Shown here piece after piece: positions 9,532-20,832 of a DNA stretch of 41,256 nucleotides. The stretch is from an uncultured bacterium. GTDB lineage: Bacteria; Cyanobacteriota; Cyanobacteriia; Phormidesmidales; Phormidesmidaceae. A model generated the notes under the pieces. The model searched no databases, was not told where the DNA came from, and saw nothing but the letters and a program-made list of their open reading frames with translations. Position numbers and translations under genes: made by a program. Position 1 is the stretch's first letter. Each line of letters opens with the position of its first letter. The stretch spans positions 1 to 41,256 of the forward strand of contig CAZWNR010000001.1 in the NCBI GenBank assembly GCA_964635665.1, read 5' to 3'.

Positions 9532-10844
9532 TATTGCTTCACCATTCCTTCGTAGCGTTGCGAAATCACATAGGTTTGAATCTGCTTAGCCGTGTCAATG
9601 GCTACGCCAACCAGAATCAAAAGCGAGGTTGCACCAAAGCCGCGAAAGGTAGGAATGCGGGTAAGGCTCTCAACAGCGCTGGGAACAACCGCTACGAGCC
9701 CTAGGAAAATAGCTCCTAGGAAAGTGAGCCGATTGAGGATGCGGCTGATATACTCCGTAGTTGCCTTACCAGGGCGAATGCCAGGAATGCTTGCACCCAT
9801 CTTCTTCAGGTTGCGGGACAAGTCATCGGGATTGATGACCAGGGAGGAATAAAAATAGCTGAAGAACAGAATGAGCAACAGATAAACCGCGACGTAAAGC
9901 AGTGACGTAGGATTGAAATAGTTGCTCACAAATCGGTTGAAGGCTGGATTGGTGATGTATTGCGTAACTGAAATAGGCAATACCAGAACTGCCGAGGCAA
10001 AAATAATCGGCATGACACCACCCTGATTGAGGCGCAGGGGAAGGTAGTTACTCTGTTCAAGGTAAAGCTTACGACCGACCTGACGTTTGGCAGAGATGAT
10101 AGGAATTCGACGGGTTCCTTCTTGCACGAAGACAATGCCCACAATCATCGCCAGGAAAGTGATCATCAAAATGACAATTCCACCGACAATACTGCGATCT
10201 CCGCTTTGGGCAAGCTCAACAGTCTGCCCTAGGGATCGGGGTAAGGTAGAAACAATGTTTAGGAAGATCAGCAGTGAAGCACCATTGCCAATGCCGCGCT
10301 CAGTGATCAGTTCTCCGGCCCACATCACAAACATAGAACCTGCCGTCAAAGCCACAACGGTTTCAATGACGAAGGGAATTCCAGGCTCTTGGGCAAACTG
10401 ATACAGGAGAAAAGAAGACAACAGAGCGCTTTGTAGAACAGCCCAACCCAAGGCGACATAGCGGGTGATCTGAGAAATCTTTCGTCGTCCTGCTTCCCCT
10501 TCATTCTTTTGAAGATCTTCCAACGCAGGAATCGCTGCGGTCAGAAGTTGAATAATGATGGAAGCGTTAATGAATGGCAAAATGCCCAAGGCGAAAATAC
10601 CCAGGGCCGACAGACCGCCACCAACAAAAATGTCGAGAAAGCCGACAAATCCACCAAGGCTGCCCGATGCAATAGAGGCCGAGAAGGCTTGACGATCAAT
10701 ACCAGGAACCGGGATAAAGATCCCCAATCTAACTAACAGTAGCAGCCCTAGAGTAACTAGCAGACGGCTACGCAAGCCAGCGGCTTGCGCCATCTGCATA
10801 AAAGTTTCCTGGGCGCTTGGAGTTTTACCCCGACTGACAACCAT
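9531..10844 (-). CDS. secY: Preprotein translocase subunit SecY
   Basis: [40 protein letters not shown] motifs; multiple TM segments. Confidence 0.98.
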   Translation of the reverse strand: MVVSRGKTPSAQETFMQMAQAAGLRSRLLVTLGLLLLVRLGIFIPVPGIDRQAFSASIASGSLGGFVGFLDIFVGGGLSALGIFALGILPFINASIIIQLLTAAIPALEDLQKNEGEAGRRKISQITRYVALGWAVLQSALLSSFLLYQFAQEPGIPFVIETVVALTAGSMFVMWAGELITERGIGNGASLLIFLNIVSTLPRSLGQTVELAQSGDRSIVGGIVILMITFLAMIVGIVFVQEGTRRIPIISAKRQVGRKLYLEQSNYLPLRLNQGGVMPIIFASAVLVLPISVTQYITNPAFNRFVSNYFNPTSLLYVAVYLLLILFFSYFYSSLVINPDDLSRNLKKMGASIPGIRPGKATTEYISRILNRLTFLGAIFLGLVAVVPSAVESLTRIPTFRGFGATSLLILVGVAIDTAKQIQTYVISQRYEGMVKQ

Positions 10845-10932
10845 GCAATAGCTCCTCGAACCTCAGCGTCTTCGTTAAACAAACAGATGTTGCCACCCTA
10901 GCCTTAGTCTAAAGGATCACAGCCTGACCCGG

Positions 10933-11379
10933 CTAACCAATGACCTCGCAGGTTCCGCCTGCACCCTCAATTTTGGCCCTTGCAGACTGGGTAAAAGCCG
11001 CTGCTTTCACCGCTAAGGCAACGGATACATCACCATCCCCCAAAATCTTTAAGGGGCCGTCATTGGTGGTCAAGATACCGGCTTCCAGCAGAGATTCTAG
11101 AGTAACCTCAGTGCCCGCTGCCAGTTCAGACAGAGACTTTAGATTAATGATGGTGTAATGCTTCTGGTTGACTAATGGAAAATGCTTTAGCTTGGGGATC
11201 CGACGGTACAAGGGCATTTGTCCCCCTTCAAAACCGGGGCGAGTACCGCTACCTGAACGGGACTTTTGACCTCGCATACCGAAGCCACAGCTCGCTCCCT
11301 GTCCGGCAGAAATTCCCCGGCCCACGCGGCGACGGCGGCGTTTAGATCCAGCTTGGGGTTGTGCGTCGTTAAGTCTCAT
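10933..11379 (-). CDS. rplO: 50S ribosomal protein L15
   Basis: [11 protein letters not shown]...GQKSRSG...[15 protein letters not shown]; operon position. Confidence 0.97.
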   Translation of the reverse strand: MRLNDAQPQAGSKRRRRRVGRGISAGQGASCGFGMRGQKSRSGSGTRPGFEGGQMPLYRRIPKLKHFPLVNQKHYTIINLKSLSELAAGTEVTLESLLEAGILTTNDGPLKILGDGDVSVALAVKAAAFTQSARAKIEGAGGTCEVIG

Positions 11380-11400
11380 GGCCTTACAAAGGTAAAACGT

Positions 11401-11922
11401 CTAAACGTAAAGGTTCTCGACGGGAATATCCCGCTCTTCAGCCACCTCAGCAAAGGTGCGCAAGGAGGCTAGGGCATTGGCAGCGGCCCGTGCGTTATTC
11501 AGGGGATTATTTGAGCCTAACTGCTTGGCCAGTACATTGCGAACGCCCGCCATTTCCAGAACGGTGCGCACGGCACCCCCGGCGATTACCCCCGTACCAG
11601 GGGCAGCTGGACGCATAAAGACCTTGGCACCGCCGCCCACACCACTGGAAGGATGGGGAATGGAATAAGACCGGGTCAAGGGCACATCCACGAGGTGCTT
11701 TTTGCCATCGGCCACACCTTTCTTCACCGCACCAATCACATCGCTGGCTTTACCAACCCCAACCCCAACCTGGCCTTTCTCGTTGCCGATCACAACGATG
11801 GCACGGAAGCTTAGCTTCTTACCACCTTTGACAACCTTGGTCACCCGGCGAATTTGGACAACTCGCTCTTGCCAATCGGTCTTCTTTTCTTTAGTACGTG
11901 CTTCTTTACGACGGTTTGCCAT
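11401..11922 (-). CDS. rpsE: 30S ribosomal protein S5
   Basis: [22 protein letters not shown]. Confidence 0.97.
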   Translation of the reverse strand: MANRRKEARTKEKKTDWQERVVQIRRVTKVVKGGKKLSFRAIVVIGNEKGQVGVGVGKASDVIGAVKKGVADGKKHLVDVPLTRSYSIPHPSSGVGGGAKVFMRPAAPGTGVIAGGAVRTVLEMAGVRNVLAKQLGSNNPLNNARAAANALASLRTFAEVAEERDIPVENLYV

Positions 11923-11988
11923 GCTTCCCCAGCCTCTCTAAGTCAACCAGAATCAGATGAATGTCCAATGAATCTAATCAGGATCGGT

Positions 11989-12351
11989 CTACAGCGTCAG
12001 CCCGGCTTCCCGAGCTGCATCTGCTAGGGCCGCGACCCGGCCGTGGTAGAGCTTACCGCCTCGGTCAAAGACTACCTGCGTTACGCCAGCCTTTAAGGCA
12101 CGCTCCGCAATGACTTTACCAACAGCTACCGCCGCTTCCTGAGTTGCACCAGAAGCCTCCTTCTCCAAGACATCTGACTCCAAAGTGGAGGCGGCAACTA
12201 TGGTGTGATGGGCGGTGTCGTCAATAACCTGAGCGTAGATATGTTGATTAGACCGGAACACCGCTAGACGGGGACGCTCAGGAGTGCCAAAGACACGGCG
12301 ACGGATACGAGCGTGACGGCGACGAGTTAATTCCTTACGACTTGCTTTCAT
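11989..12351 (-). CDS. rplR: 50S ribosomal protein L18
   Basis: [34 protein letters not shown]. Confidence 0.97.
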   Translation of the reverse strand: MKASRKELTRRRHARIRRRVFGTPERPRLAVFRSNQHIYAQVIDDTAHHTIVAASTLESDVLEKEASGATQEAAVAVGKVIAERALKAGVTQVVFDRGGKLYHGRVAALADAAREAGLTL

Positions 12352-12354
12352 GGC

Positions 12355-12894
12355 TTACTTCTTCCCTGACTTCCCAGCCTTACGTCTCACCTGTTCACCG
12401 GCATAGCGCACACCCTTGCCTTTATAGGGCTCCGGAGGGCGGCTGGCTCGAATACTCGCCGCCGTATTACCAACGAGTTCTTTATCGATACCGCTAATGA
12501 TGACGTTAGTGTTGTTCTCAACGGCGAACTGAATCCCGGTCGGGGGCTCAAAAATCACCGGATGGCTGTAGCCTAGACTGAGGTTTAGGTTTTGCCCCTG
12601 AACCTGGGCACGATAACCAATACCCTGAATCTCAAGGCGCTTTTGGTATCCGTTAGAAACCCCTTCAACCATATTTGCCACCAAGGTGCGGCACAAACCA
12701 TGGCGTTCCCGCGCCAACCGAGAGTCATCCTTACGGTTCACAAGGAGCGTATCTCCGTCCTGAACCACAACCACTCCGGTGGGTAAGGTACGAGATAGCT
12801 CACCCTTTGGCCCCTTCACCTGAATATCCTGACCGTCAATCGTAATTGACACCTTAGCCGGGATAGGAATTGGCCGTTTGCCAATACGTGACAT
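12355..12894 (-). CDS. rplF: 50S ribosomal protein L6
   Basis: [22 protein letters not shown]. Confidence 0.97.
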   Translation of the reverse strand: MSRIGKRPIPIPAKVSITIDGQDIQVKGPKGELSRTLPTGVVVVQDGDTLLVNRKDDSRLARERHGLCRTLVANMVEGVSNGYQKRLEIQGIGYRAQVQGQNLNLSLGYSHPVIFEPPTGIQFAVENNTNVIISGIDKELVGNTAASIRASRPPEPYKGKGVRYAGEQVRRKAGKSGKK

Positions 12895-12961
12895 GATGCA
12901 ATACTCCTAAATCCTTAGCACTCAATACCGTCGATCAATCGACCCCACGCAACCCCTGAAT

Positions 12962-13363
12962 CTACCAAACGTAGCAGAGAACTTCTCCACCAATGCCTTG
13001 GCGACGAGCATCTCGGTCGGTCATAATGCCGCTGGAGGTAGAAACGATTGCAATGCCAATCCCCCCCAGTACGCGAGGAAGCTCCTTACGGTTGGAATAA
13101 ACCCGCAGGCCAGGCTTACTGACACGTGTCAAATTCCGAATAATGGGCTGACGAGTTTTACCTTTGTACTTCAGCGCAATCACCAACTGAGGTCGGCCAT
13201 CCTCGGTCGCCTCAGAATAATCGGTGATAAACCCTTCTTCCTTGAGTACCTTGGCAATACTCCGAGTCATCCGGGTCGAGGGAATATTCACGGTTTGGTG
13301 CCGCGCCAAGTTCGCATTCCGAATGCGAGTCAGCATATCCGCAATTGTGTCGTTAGCAGCCAT
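12962..13363 (-). CDS. rpsH: 30S ribosomal protein S8
   Basis: [30 protein letters not shown]. Confidence 0.97.
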   Translation of the reverse strand: MAANDTIADMLTRIRNANLARHQTVNIPSTRMTRSIAKVLKEEGFITDYSEATEDGRPQLVIALKYKGKTRQPIIRNLTRVSKPGLRVYSNRKELPRVLGGIGIAIVSTSSGIMTDRDARRQGIGGEVLCYVW

Positions 13364-13390
13364 AGTCCTAATTTCGCGTATAAACCTGTG

Positions 13391-13936
13391 TTAGTTGTCC
13401 CGGAATGGCATACCCAATGCCTTGAGTAGCGCCCGCCCTTCTTCATCGGTATTCGCCGTTGTCACGATGGTGATATCCATCCCGCGAATTTGATCAATGC
13501 CGTCGTAATCAATTTCAGGAAAGATGAGCTGTTCACGCAGACCTAGCGTATAGTTTCCTCGGCCATCAAAGCTCTTCGGGCTGATGCCACGAAAGTCACG
13601 AATACGGGGTAGAGCCAAATTGATCAGGCGGTTGAGGAAGGAATACATGCGATCAGAACGCAGGGTCACCATGACACCCACCGGCATACCTTGGCGGATT
13701 TTGAAGCCAGCAATAGCTTTCTTCGCACGGGTTACGACAGGTCGCTGCCCCGTAATCATGGCAAGCTCACTAAGAGAAGACTCAAGAGCTTTTGCATTCT
13801 GAGAAGCCTCACCAAGACCGCGATTAACAGTCACTTTAACCACTTTAGGAACTTGGTGAATATTTTCGTACTTAAACTGATCCATCAGCTTAGGTACGAC
13901 GGTGTCTTTGTAGAGAAGCTTAAGTTGGTCTGTCAT
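13391..13936 (-). CDS. rplE: 50S ribosomal protein L5
   Basis: [39 protein letters not shown]. Confidence 0.97.
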   Translation of the reverse strand: MTDQLKLLYKDTVVPKLMDQFKYENIHQVPKVVKVTVNRGLGEASQNAKALESSLSELAMITGQRPVVTRAKKAIAGFKIRQGMPVGVMVTLRSDRMYSFLNRLINLALPRIRDFRGISPKSFDGRGNYTLGLREQLIFPEIDYDGIDQIRGMDITIVTTANTDEEGRALLKALGMPFRDN

Positions 13937-14014
13937 GGATAGTCTCTGCTTTCTTCCTGGGCTTGGTCAGGACAACAACAAAATGAATCAGGGAATTAGA
14001 AGGAGTAAATCAGG

Positions 14015-14365
14015 CTAATCGATAATTTCGCCTGTCTTTTTCAGCATGCGTACCTTACGACCATCTTTATCAAAGGTGTAAGCTACACGGCTAGCCACTT
14101 TTTCCTTCTCAGAATAAAGCATCACGTTAGAGCTATGGATAGGGGCCTCTTGAGTCACAATTTGACCAGATTCACCTTCCTGCTGTGGCTTAACGTGCTT
14201 GGTGCGAACATTGACACCCTGGACAATTACTTGACTTTTCTTAGGGTTTACCGAAAGAACTTCGCCAACTTTACCCCGGTCTCGCCCAGCGATGACCTGC
14301 ACGGTATCACCCTTACGAACATGCATCTTGTAGCGCACTGGCTTTTTCGTTACTGATGTCGCCAT
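14015..14365 (-). CDS. rplX: 50S ribosomal protein L24
   Basis: [29 protein letters not shown]. Confidence 0.97.
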   Translation of the reverse strand: MATSVTKKPVRYKMHVRKGDTVQVIAGRDRGKVGEVLSVNPKKSQVIVQGVNVRTKHVKPQQEGESGQIVTQEAPIHSSNVMLYSEKEKVASRVAYTFDKDGRKVRMLKKTGEIID

Positions 14366-14730
14366 TACAATACCTCCGGTGCCAAGGACACAATTTTGGT
14401 GAAGTTTTTATCCCGCAGCTCACGTGCCACAGGGCCAAACACACGAGTTCCCTTGGGATTACCATCCTGGTTAATGATCACCGCAGCGTTATCATCAAAG
14501 CGAATGCTCATGCCACTGCTGCGGCGTAAGCCCTTTCGGGTGCGCACCACAACAGCTCTCACAACATCAGACTTTTTCACCGCCATATTGGGGATGGCAT
14601 CCTTGACCACCGCTATGATCACGTCTCCAACGCCAGCATAGCGACGGTTTCCACCTAGCACGCGGATACACATGAGCTTCCGGGCCCCGCTGTTGTCAGC
14701 TACGTTTAGATAAGTTTCCTGTTGAATCAT
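14365..14730 (-). CDS. rplN: 50S ribosomal protein L14
   Basis: [32 protein letters not shown]. Confidence 0.98.
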   Translation of the reverse strand: MIQQETYLNVADNSGARKLMCIRVLGGNRRYAGVGDVIIAVVKDAIPNMAVKKSDVVRAVVVRTRKGLRRSSGMSIRFDDNAAVIINQDGNPKGTRVFGPVARELRDKNFTKIVSLAPEVL

Positions 14731-14741
14731 GAGTTACCCCG

Positions 14742-14993
14742 CTAGGCCTCTGCCGCTCGATTAACAATATCAGCCACGACCCAGCGCTTGGTCCTGCTTA
14801 GGGGGCGAGTTTCAAGAATGCGAACTCGATCTCCCTCTTGACAGGCATTTTCTTCGTCGTGGGCCTTATAGCGCTTGGTTCGCACTACAATCTTGCCGTA
14901 CTTGGGATGGGAGGTGCGGCTCTCAACAGCAACCACAACTGTCTTGTCCATTTTGTTGCTGACAACCGTTCCCACTCGTTCTTTAACCGCCAT
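14742..14993 (-). CDS. rpsQ: 30S ribosomal protein S17
   Basis: [31 protein letters not shown]. Confidence 0.97.
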   Translation of the reverse strand: MAVKERVGTVVSNKMDKTVVVAVESRTSHPKYGKIVVRTKRYKAHDEENACQEGDRVRILETRPLSRTKRWVVADIVNRAAEA

Positions 14994-15011
14994 CTCAGTT
15001 CCCTACCTTCC

Positions 15012-15260
15012 CTATGCTGGTATCGATTCTGTTGATGCAGAGGCGCTGTCAGCGATCTCTTCTAACTGCCGCTCTCGTTGCACGGTCATGAGCTGAGCTA
15101 AACGGTGACGAGCGTGCTTAAACTGATGAACCTCTTTATCAAGCTGGCGGGTCGCCTTCTTAAACCGCAGTTGAAACAGTTCTCGCTTAGTTTCAACAAT
15201 GGCGTTAAGAAGTTCGTCGTCACTGAGGCCACGCGCCTCTTCAATCTTGGGCAGTGCCAT
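15012..15260 (-). CDS. rpmC: 50S ribosomal protein L29
   Basis: [13 protein letters not shown]...[16 protein letters not shown]; lies between rplP and rpsQ. Confidence 0.95.
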   Translation of the reverse strand: MALPKIEEARGLSDDELLNAIVETKRELFQLRFKKATRQLDKEVHQFKHARHRLAQLMTVQRERQLEEIADSASASTESIPA

Positions 15261-15263
15261 GGA

Positions 15264-15683
15264 TCAAGCCTCCTTGCTGTCTCGCACAATAAACTTTGTC
15301 TTAAAGGGAAGCTTGAATGCCGCCAAACGCATCGCTTCACGGGCTGTTGCCTCAGGCACACCAGCAATCTCAAATACAATGCGACCGGGCTTGACAACGG
15401 CAACCCAATATTCGGGATTCCCTTTACCAGAACCCATCCGGGTTTCTGCGGGACGCATGGTTACAGGCTTATCTGGAAACACACGGATCCAAATCTTCCC
15501 GCCCCGGCGAACATAGCGGGTCATAGCACGACGGGCAGCTTCGATTTGGCGAGAGGTCAACCAACAAGGTTCGGTGGCCTGAAGGGCAAAATCGCCGAAA
15601 CTGATGTCGCTGCCCCGCTGGGCCATTCCGCGCATACGACCACGGTGCTGCTTGCGAAATTTTGTTCGTTTTGGACTAAGCAT
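15264..15683 (-). CDS. rplP: 50S ribosomal protein L16
   Basis: [25 protein letters not shown]. Confidence 0.98.
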   Translation of the reverse strand: MLSPKRTKFRKQHRGRMRGMAQRGSDISFGDFALQATEPCWLTSRQIEAARRAMTRYVRRGGKIWIRVFPDKPVTMRPAETRMGSGKGNPEYWVAVVKPGRIVFEIAGVPEATAREAMRLAAFKLPFKTKFIVRDSKEA

Positions 15684-15744
15684 GGCTCGGCACTCGTCAA
15701 TTCACAGGTCAAAAATTAGTTCGAGAAATCTTAGGACAGAGGAT

Positions 15745-16479
15745 TTACTCTTCGTTGGAGCGATCTTCAAACTGCTGCCGTCGCCGAGGTTGCCGTCGCC
15801 GAGGCTGAGCATTATTAGGGGCAGGGGCCTGATCTTCTTGTCCAGGGATAATTTCACCCTTAAAGATCCAAACCTTCACGCCCAGAATGCCGTAGGTCGT
15901 CTGGGCAGTAGTGTAGGCGTAGTCCACATCAGCCCGCAGAGTGTGAAGAGGTACCCGACCTTCCCGAGTCCACTCAGTCCGAGCAATTTCAGCTCCATTC
16001 AGACGACCGCTGACCTGGATCTTAATCCCTTCAACCCCAGCCCGCTGCGCACGCTGAATAGCCTGGCGAACCACTCGTCGGAAGGACACCCGACGTTCTA
16101 ACTGCTGAATGATATACTCAGCGACCAAGGCCGCATCGGCATCCACGCGACTCACTTCAACCACGTTGACACGAATTTGGCGGCTAGAATCCTTCAGCAG
16201 CTTTTGCAGGCCAACTCGCAGGGACTCAATGCCTGCCCCACCTCGGCCGACCACCACCCCAGGACGAGCGGTACGAACTTCAAGATCAATTTGATCAGCT
16301 TTCCGCTCAATCCGAATGTCGGCAATTCCCGCATTGCTGAGCGTCTTTTGAACGTACTCTCGAATCTGGTGATCTTCCTGAAGTAGCTCAGGGTAACGCA
16401 TCCCTTCCGCAAACCAGCGGGAGCGGTGCTCCTGAACCACACCTAGGCGAAACCCGGTTGGATGAATCTTGTGTCCCAC
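15745..16479 (-). CDS. rpsC: 30S ribosomal protein S3 (GTG start)
   Basis: [33 protein letters not shown]. Confidence 0.98.
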   Translation of the reverse strand: MGHKIHPTGFRLGVVQEHRSRWFAEGMRYPELLQEDHQIREYVQKTLSNAGIADIRIERKADQIDLEVRTARPGVVVGRGGAGIESLRVGLQKLLKDSSRQIRVNVVEVSRVDADAALVAEYIIQQLERRVSFRRVVRQAIQRAQRAGVEGIKIQVSGRLNGAEIARTEWTREGRVPLHTLRADVDYAYTTAQTTYGILGVKVWIFKGEIIPGQEDQAPAPNNAQPRRRQPRRRQQFEDRSNEE

Positions 16480-16574
16480 GAACTAACCCTCTGCAAAGTA
16501 TTGCTAAAAACGTGTTGCTGAATAACTACGGTGCTGAATAACAAACATGATCTAATCAGGCTATCCCCAGAACG

Positions 16575-16931
16575 CTACTCAATGGATGGAGCAACGGCAA
16601 TGGTGATATGGCAAGTCGGTTTACGAATTTGATAGGCTCGACCCTGGGCTCTGGGACGAAACCGACGCAGGGTTGGCCCAGCATCAGCAAAGGCTTCGCT
16701 AATAACCAGTGCAGCTGGATCGAGACCATTGTTATGCTCAGCATTAGCCACCGCTGAGCGCAGCACCTTAATAATGGGCTCACAAGCCTTGTAGGGCATG
16801 AATTCCAGGATGATCAGCGCGTCCCGATAGCTTTTGCCACGAATTTGATCCAATACACGACGCACTTTGCGGGGCGACATGCGGACGTACTTCGCTACTG
16901 CCTTAACCTGCTCTGAGGTATCTACAGCCAT
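16575..16931 (-). CDS. rplV: 50S ribosomal protein L22
   Basis: [24 protein letters not shown]. Confidence 0.97.
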   Translation of the reverse strand: MAVDTSEQVKAVAKYVRMSPRKVRRVLDQIRGKSYRDALIILEFMPYKACEPIIKVLRSAVANAEHNNGLDPAALVISEAFADAGPTLRRFRPRAQGRAYQIRKPTCHITIAVAPSIE

Positions 16932-16949
16932 GTCTCTAACTTCCTCTAC

Positions 16950-17228
16950 CTAACGACGCGCTTTCTTGTCACTTTTGGCGTGGCCTCGGAAGGTTCGCGT
17001 CGGGGCGAACTCACCTAGCTTGTGCCCTACCATCTGCTCAGTAACGTAGACAGGTACGTGCTGGCGACCGTTGTGTACGGCAATGGTATGTCCAATCATC
17101 TGGGGCAAAATGGTCGAAGCTCTTGACCACGTTTTGATGACTTGCTTGTCACCCTTAGCGTTGAGGGCTTCAACTTTTGAGAGTAAGTGGTCAGCCACAA
17201 ACGGGCCTTTCTTTAACGAGCGCGACAT
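16950..17228 (-). CDS. rpsS: 30S ribosomal protein S19
   Basis: [23 protein letters not shown]. Confidence 0.98.
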   Translation of the reverse strand: MSRSLKKGPFVADHLLSKVEALNAKGDKQVIKTWSRASTILPQMIGHTIAVHNGRQHVPVYVTEQMVGHKLGEFAPTRTFRGHAKSDKKARR

Positions 17229-17282
17229 GATTCAGTCCCTACACAACAATCTGATACCGTCCAATTCCTAGTACCGCTAAGC

Positions 17283-18146
17283 TTAGGCATTGCGGCCACC
17301 GCGTCCCCGCTTGGAAACCCGACGACGCTTCCGCACTACGTACTTATCACTGTCCTTCTTCTTCTTGCGAGTCTTAAAGCCGAGGGCTGGCTTACCCCAA
17401 GGAGTAACAGGGCCAGAACGACCGATGGGAGCTCGACCTTCACCACCGCCATGGGGGTGATCCACCGGGTTCATTACACTACCGCGCACTTCTGGACGAC
17501 GCCCGAGCCAGCGCTTCCGTCCGGCCTTGCCAAGACTTACGTTACGGACATCGGCATTACCGACCTGTCCAATGGTGGCGTAGCACTCACGGCGCACCAT
17601 CCGAACTTCTGTGGAGGGCAGCTTGAGGGTCACATAGTCCCCTTCCTTTGCAACCACCTGGGCTCCAGCCCCAGCAGACCGAACCATCTGACCGCCCTTT
17701 CCAGGCTGCATTTCGATGTTGTGAACCGTGGTACCCAGAGGAATCTTGTACAACGGCAGAGCGTTACCGACTTCTAGGGGCGCATCGGGGCCAGAAACAA
17801 CGGTGGTTCCGACCGTCAGACCTGCAGGACAGAGAATGTAGCGCTTCTCGCCATCTTCGTAGTGCAGCAGGGAAATCCGCGCATTCCGGTTGGGATCGTA
17901 CTCGATGGAGGCAACCTTGGCGGGAACACCCACCTTGTCGCGACGAAAATCAACAATGCGATAGAGCCTTTTATGCCCACCGCCACGGTGACGACAGGTA
18001 ATGACGCCACGATTGTTACGTCCCTTGGGGCGATGCTTAGAGCGAGTGAGCGACTTTTCAGGCTCGCTGCGGGTAATTTCGGCAAACTCAGATACAGTTC
18101 GCTCACGCGTACCCGGGGTATAAGGTCGGTAAGAACGGATGCCCAT
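17283..18146 (-). CDS. rplB: 50S ribosomal protein L2
   Basis: [29 protein letters not shown]. Confidence 0.98.
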   Translation of the reverse strand: MGIRSYRPYTPGTRERTVSEFAEITRSEPEKSLTRSKHRPKGRNNRGVITCRHRGGGHKRLYRIVDFRRDKVGVPAKVASIEYDPNRNARISLLHYEDGEKRYILCPAGLTVGTTVVSGPDAPLEVGNALPLYKIPLGTTVHNIEMQPGKGGQMVRSAGAGAQVVAKEGDYVTLKLPSTEVRMVRRECYATIGQVGNADVRNVSLGKAGRKRWLGRRPEVRGSVMNPVDHPHGGGEGRAPIGRSGPVTPWGKPALGFKTRKKKKDSDKYVVRKRRRVSKRGRGGRNA

Positions 18147-18202
18147 GGAAATACTTGCTGACTACACGGCAAAACTGGCGAAGGTCTCTAAGATCACATC
18201 CC

Positions 18203-18502
18203 TTAGAGATCAGGAAAGAGAGGAATAGAATCCCCAGAAGCAAGGGTAACAATTGCTCGCTTATAGTGGGCTCGGTTTCCTACGAAGCGACCATAGCGAC
18301 GCTTCTTCTTAGGAGGATTGTAGGTATTAACTGCAACCACTTTGACATCGAACAGTTCTTCGATGGCAGCACCAATATCGATCTTAGTGGCCTTAGGATC
18401 GACCTCAAAAACATACTGATTGTTTTCGAGAAGCATCGTTGCTTTCTCGGTTACAAGGGGACGGCGAATTAGATCAGCCAAGGTTGGCGCAGCATTAGTC
18501 AC
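18203..18502 (-). CDS. rplW: 50S ribosomal protein L23
   Basis: [23 protein letters not shown]. Confidence 0.96.
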   Translation of the reverse strand: MTNAAPTLADLIRRPLVTEKATMLLENNQYVFEVDPKATKIDIGAAIEELFDVKVVAVNTYNPPKKKRRYGRFVGNRAHYKRAIVTLASGDSIPLFPDL

Positions 18503-19127
18503 AGTAAACCTCCTGAATAGCCTCGATGGCAGGGGACGTAATTACAATTTGATCCGCCGCTAACAAGTCGTAGACATTGAGGTTAGCCGCCGTAATCAGC
18601 TTGACGTTTTCGATATTGCGAGCCGAGAGATAAACCACCTCTTGACGTTCAGCAATAATCATCAAGATTTTGCCGTTTACATCGACACCCCAGCGCCCTA
18701 AAGCCTCGATTAACTCCTTCGTTTTAGGGCGCTCAAACTTATCAGAAAAAGCTTCCACCACGACTAGGTCATCTACCCGGCTTTGCAGGGCCGTGCGCAG
18801 AGCCAGACGACGCTCCTTTCGGTTCATCTTGACGCTGAAGTCCCTGGGCTTGGGGCCGAAGGTAACGCCACCGCCGCGCCACAGAGGAGAGCGATTAGAC
18901 CCGGCACGGGCCCGTCCAGTTCCTTTTTGCCGCCAAGGCTTCCGACCACCACCACTCACTTCGGCACGGGTTTTGGTGGATACCGTTCCTTGACGAGAGT
19001 TGTGCATCTGACGCACGAGGGCGCGATGAACGATGTGAGAGGCGGTTTCTTCGCTGGCGACCTTCAATTCTAAGGTCGCGCTGCCTGCCTCTTGGCCCTC
19101 CCAATTTTTTACGGCGCACTCAACCAT
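18495..19127 (-). CDS. rplD: 50S ribosomal protein L4
   Basis: [26 protein letters not shown]. Confidence 0.98.
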   Translation of the reverse strand: MVECAVKNWEGQEAGSATLELKVASEETASHIVHRALVRQMHNSRQGTVSTKTRAEVSGGGRKPWRQKGTGRARAGSNRSPLWRGGGVTFGPKPRDFSVKMNRKERRLALRTALQSRVDDLVVVEAFSDKFERPKTKELIEALGRWGVDVNGKILMIIAERQEVVYLSARNIENVKLITAANLNVYDLLAADQIVITSPAIEAIQEVYCD

Positions 19128-19195
19128 TGTCTTGACCTATCCCTAAAACGCTCAAAGTCTCTTCAAAAAAGCCCATCTTGATACTGGTTGATGGG

Positions 19196-19831
19196 TTAGG
19201 CCTTTACCCACTGTGCTGGGGTAACGCTCAGCAATGCACCGGGCTTGCCCGGAACAGCGCCCTTGATCAGGAGAAGATTACGCTCACTGTCCACACGAAC
19301 CACTTCCAGCTTTCGAACCGTCACCTGGGTATTACCGAGTTGACCAGCCATCCGCTTACCGGGATATACCCGGCCAGGAGTTGTACCAGCACCCGTAGAT
19401 CCAGGGAGGCGGTGGTTTTTGGAACCGTGGGCCATAGGTCCACGACGGAAGTTGTGACGCTTTTGATAGCCCGCGAAGCCGCGACCAATACTCTTGCCGC
19501 TCACGTCTACCAGTTGACCAGCCGCAAAGGTATCGGCGGTAATGGCCTGCCCCAATTCATAACTGTCAGCAGCTTCCACACGATACTCCTTTAGGTAACG
19601 CAGGGGAGCGCTACCGGACTTAGCCAGATGGCCAAGTTCAGGCTTGTTCAGTGCCTTCTCGGCTACCTCGTCGAAGCCAACCTGAACCGCTGTATAACCA
19701 TCGGTGTCAGGGGTTTTCACTTGAGTGACTACGCAAGGCCCAGCCTGAACAACGGTAACTGGAACAGCGTTGCCCGCGTCATCGAATATTTGGGTCATGC
19801 CCAGCTTTTTGCCGAGAATACCGACTGCCAC
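19196..19831 (-). CDS. rplC: 50S ribosomal protein L3 (GTG start); first gene of the minus-strand block
   Basis: [36 protein letters not shown]. Confidence 0.98.
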   Translation of the reverse strand: MAVGILGKKLGMTQIFDDAGNAVPVTVVQAGPCVVTQVKTPDTDGYTAVQVGFDEVAEKALNKPELGHLAKSGSAPLRYLKEYRVEAADSYELGQAITADTFAAGQLVDVSGKSIGRGFAGYQKRHNFRRGPMAHGSKNHRLPGSTGAGTTPGRVYPGKRMAGQLGNTQVTVRKLEVVRVDSERNLLLIKGAVPGKPGALLSVTPAQWVKA

Positions 19832-20122
19832 AGCCCTTTCTCCCTAACTTACACAATACGAAATGCGCCGATGCTTCTAGACTGAAGTCTGCGCACATCT
19901 GAACTCCATCAACTTTTGAACACCGCTTAAACACGAAACCCCGTTCAGGGGCTTCCCTAACTTAATCGGCCACTATTCAAAAGAAACTTGGCTTTTTATC
20001 GGTCGAGGGCCATAGGCGAGACACCTACTCCGGCAATCACTGAGCCCTGAACACGCTAGAGCCATTGCCTGGACTTGAGCAGCATGGCAACCACTCAGTA
20101 TCCATTTTGGCGGCGACTTACT

Positions 20123-20151
20123 ATATTACAGCTCTAGAATGGATCTGTCTA
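20123..20151 (-). promoter_or_regulatory. Probable sigma70-type promoter of the rplC operon
   Basis: Minus strand TAGACA (20151-20146), 17-bp spacer, TAATAT (20128-20123), with an A/T-rich tract upstream. Implies a ~285-nt leader. Confidence 0.6.
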
Positions 20152-20358
20152 TACCTTTTTTGAGAAAAATCTTGCACAACGCTGTGGTTAGCACCTAGGT
20201 GGCAGGGTGAGTTTACGTTGCAAGTGAGTTCACGTCACAATGGCATTACAATACCTTTAACCTAAGTCTAGGTGGGTAAGCGGCTGGCTGCAATGACGGT
20301 AGGCTGCACGCCCTAAAGCGTATACATTGACGTTGTTGATCGACTACTGAGGGCGAGT

Positions 20359-20826
20359 ATGGCGTTACTGACCACTGGCAAAGGGTTCATTCGTGATGTT
20401 GAGACCCACCGGGCCATTGCGGTGCGGATGCCTCTCGAGGGCGGCTTTGAGGGGCGCTATGAGCGTCGGCTAAAAGCTAAGGGCTATGAAACCATGAACC
20501 TCACTGCCCGAGGATTAGGAGACATTGCCGCCTATCTAACGGACGTTCATGGTGTACGTCCTCCCCACTTGGGCAAAAAGACTGTCGGCAGTTCAGCGGC
20601 GGTGGGTTATACCTACTTCATTCCTCCCATGTTGACCTACCGCCTAGATACGATGTCTCCTAAGGCAAAGGGCATGGTGCTATGGCTCATTGAAGGTCAT
20701 ATCCTCTCCCGTCAGGAGATTGCCTATTTGGTCAATTTGCCTACTCTAGAGCCTCGGGTACGCGTGGTGGTTGAAATGGGTGGAGAGCGCTACTTTAGCT
20801 GGGAGCCCCTAGTTAACTGCCTATAG
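20359..20826 (+). CDS. ndhN: NAD(P)H-quinone oxidoreductase (NDH-1) subunit N
   Basis: MALLTTG...PLEGGFEGRY..RL, TARGLGD, HGVRPPHLGKK; divergent from rplC as is common in cyanobacteria. Confidence 0.94.
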   Translation: MALLTTGKGFIRDVETHRAIAVRMPLEGGFEGRYERRLKAKGYETMNLTARGLGDIAAYLTDVHGVRPPHLGKKTVGSSAAVGYTYFIPPMLTYRLDTMSPKAKGMVLWLIEGHILSRQEIAYLVNLPTLEPRVRVVVEMGGERYFSWEPLVNCL

Positions 20827-20832
20827 GAAAGC

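Noticed and set aside
16516-16542. 11-bp direct repeat TGCTGAATAAC x2 between rplV and rpsC
   Set aside because: Only two short copies with no spacer array; most likely a slippage duplication and not CRISPR.
8560-19885. Many plus-strand ORFs antisense to ribosomal genes (e.g. 15105-15719, 15604-16101)
   Set aside because: They fully overlap highly conserved genes and have no recognisable motifs; this is expected from codon bias.
20223-20239. CRP/SyCRP1-like site AGTGA-N7-TCACA
   Set aside because: The spacer is 7 nt rather than the required 6; the tandem repeat explains it better.
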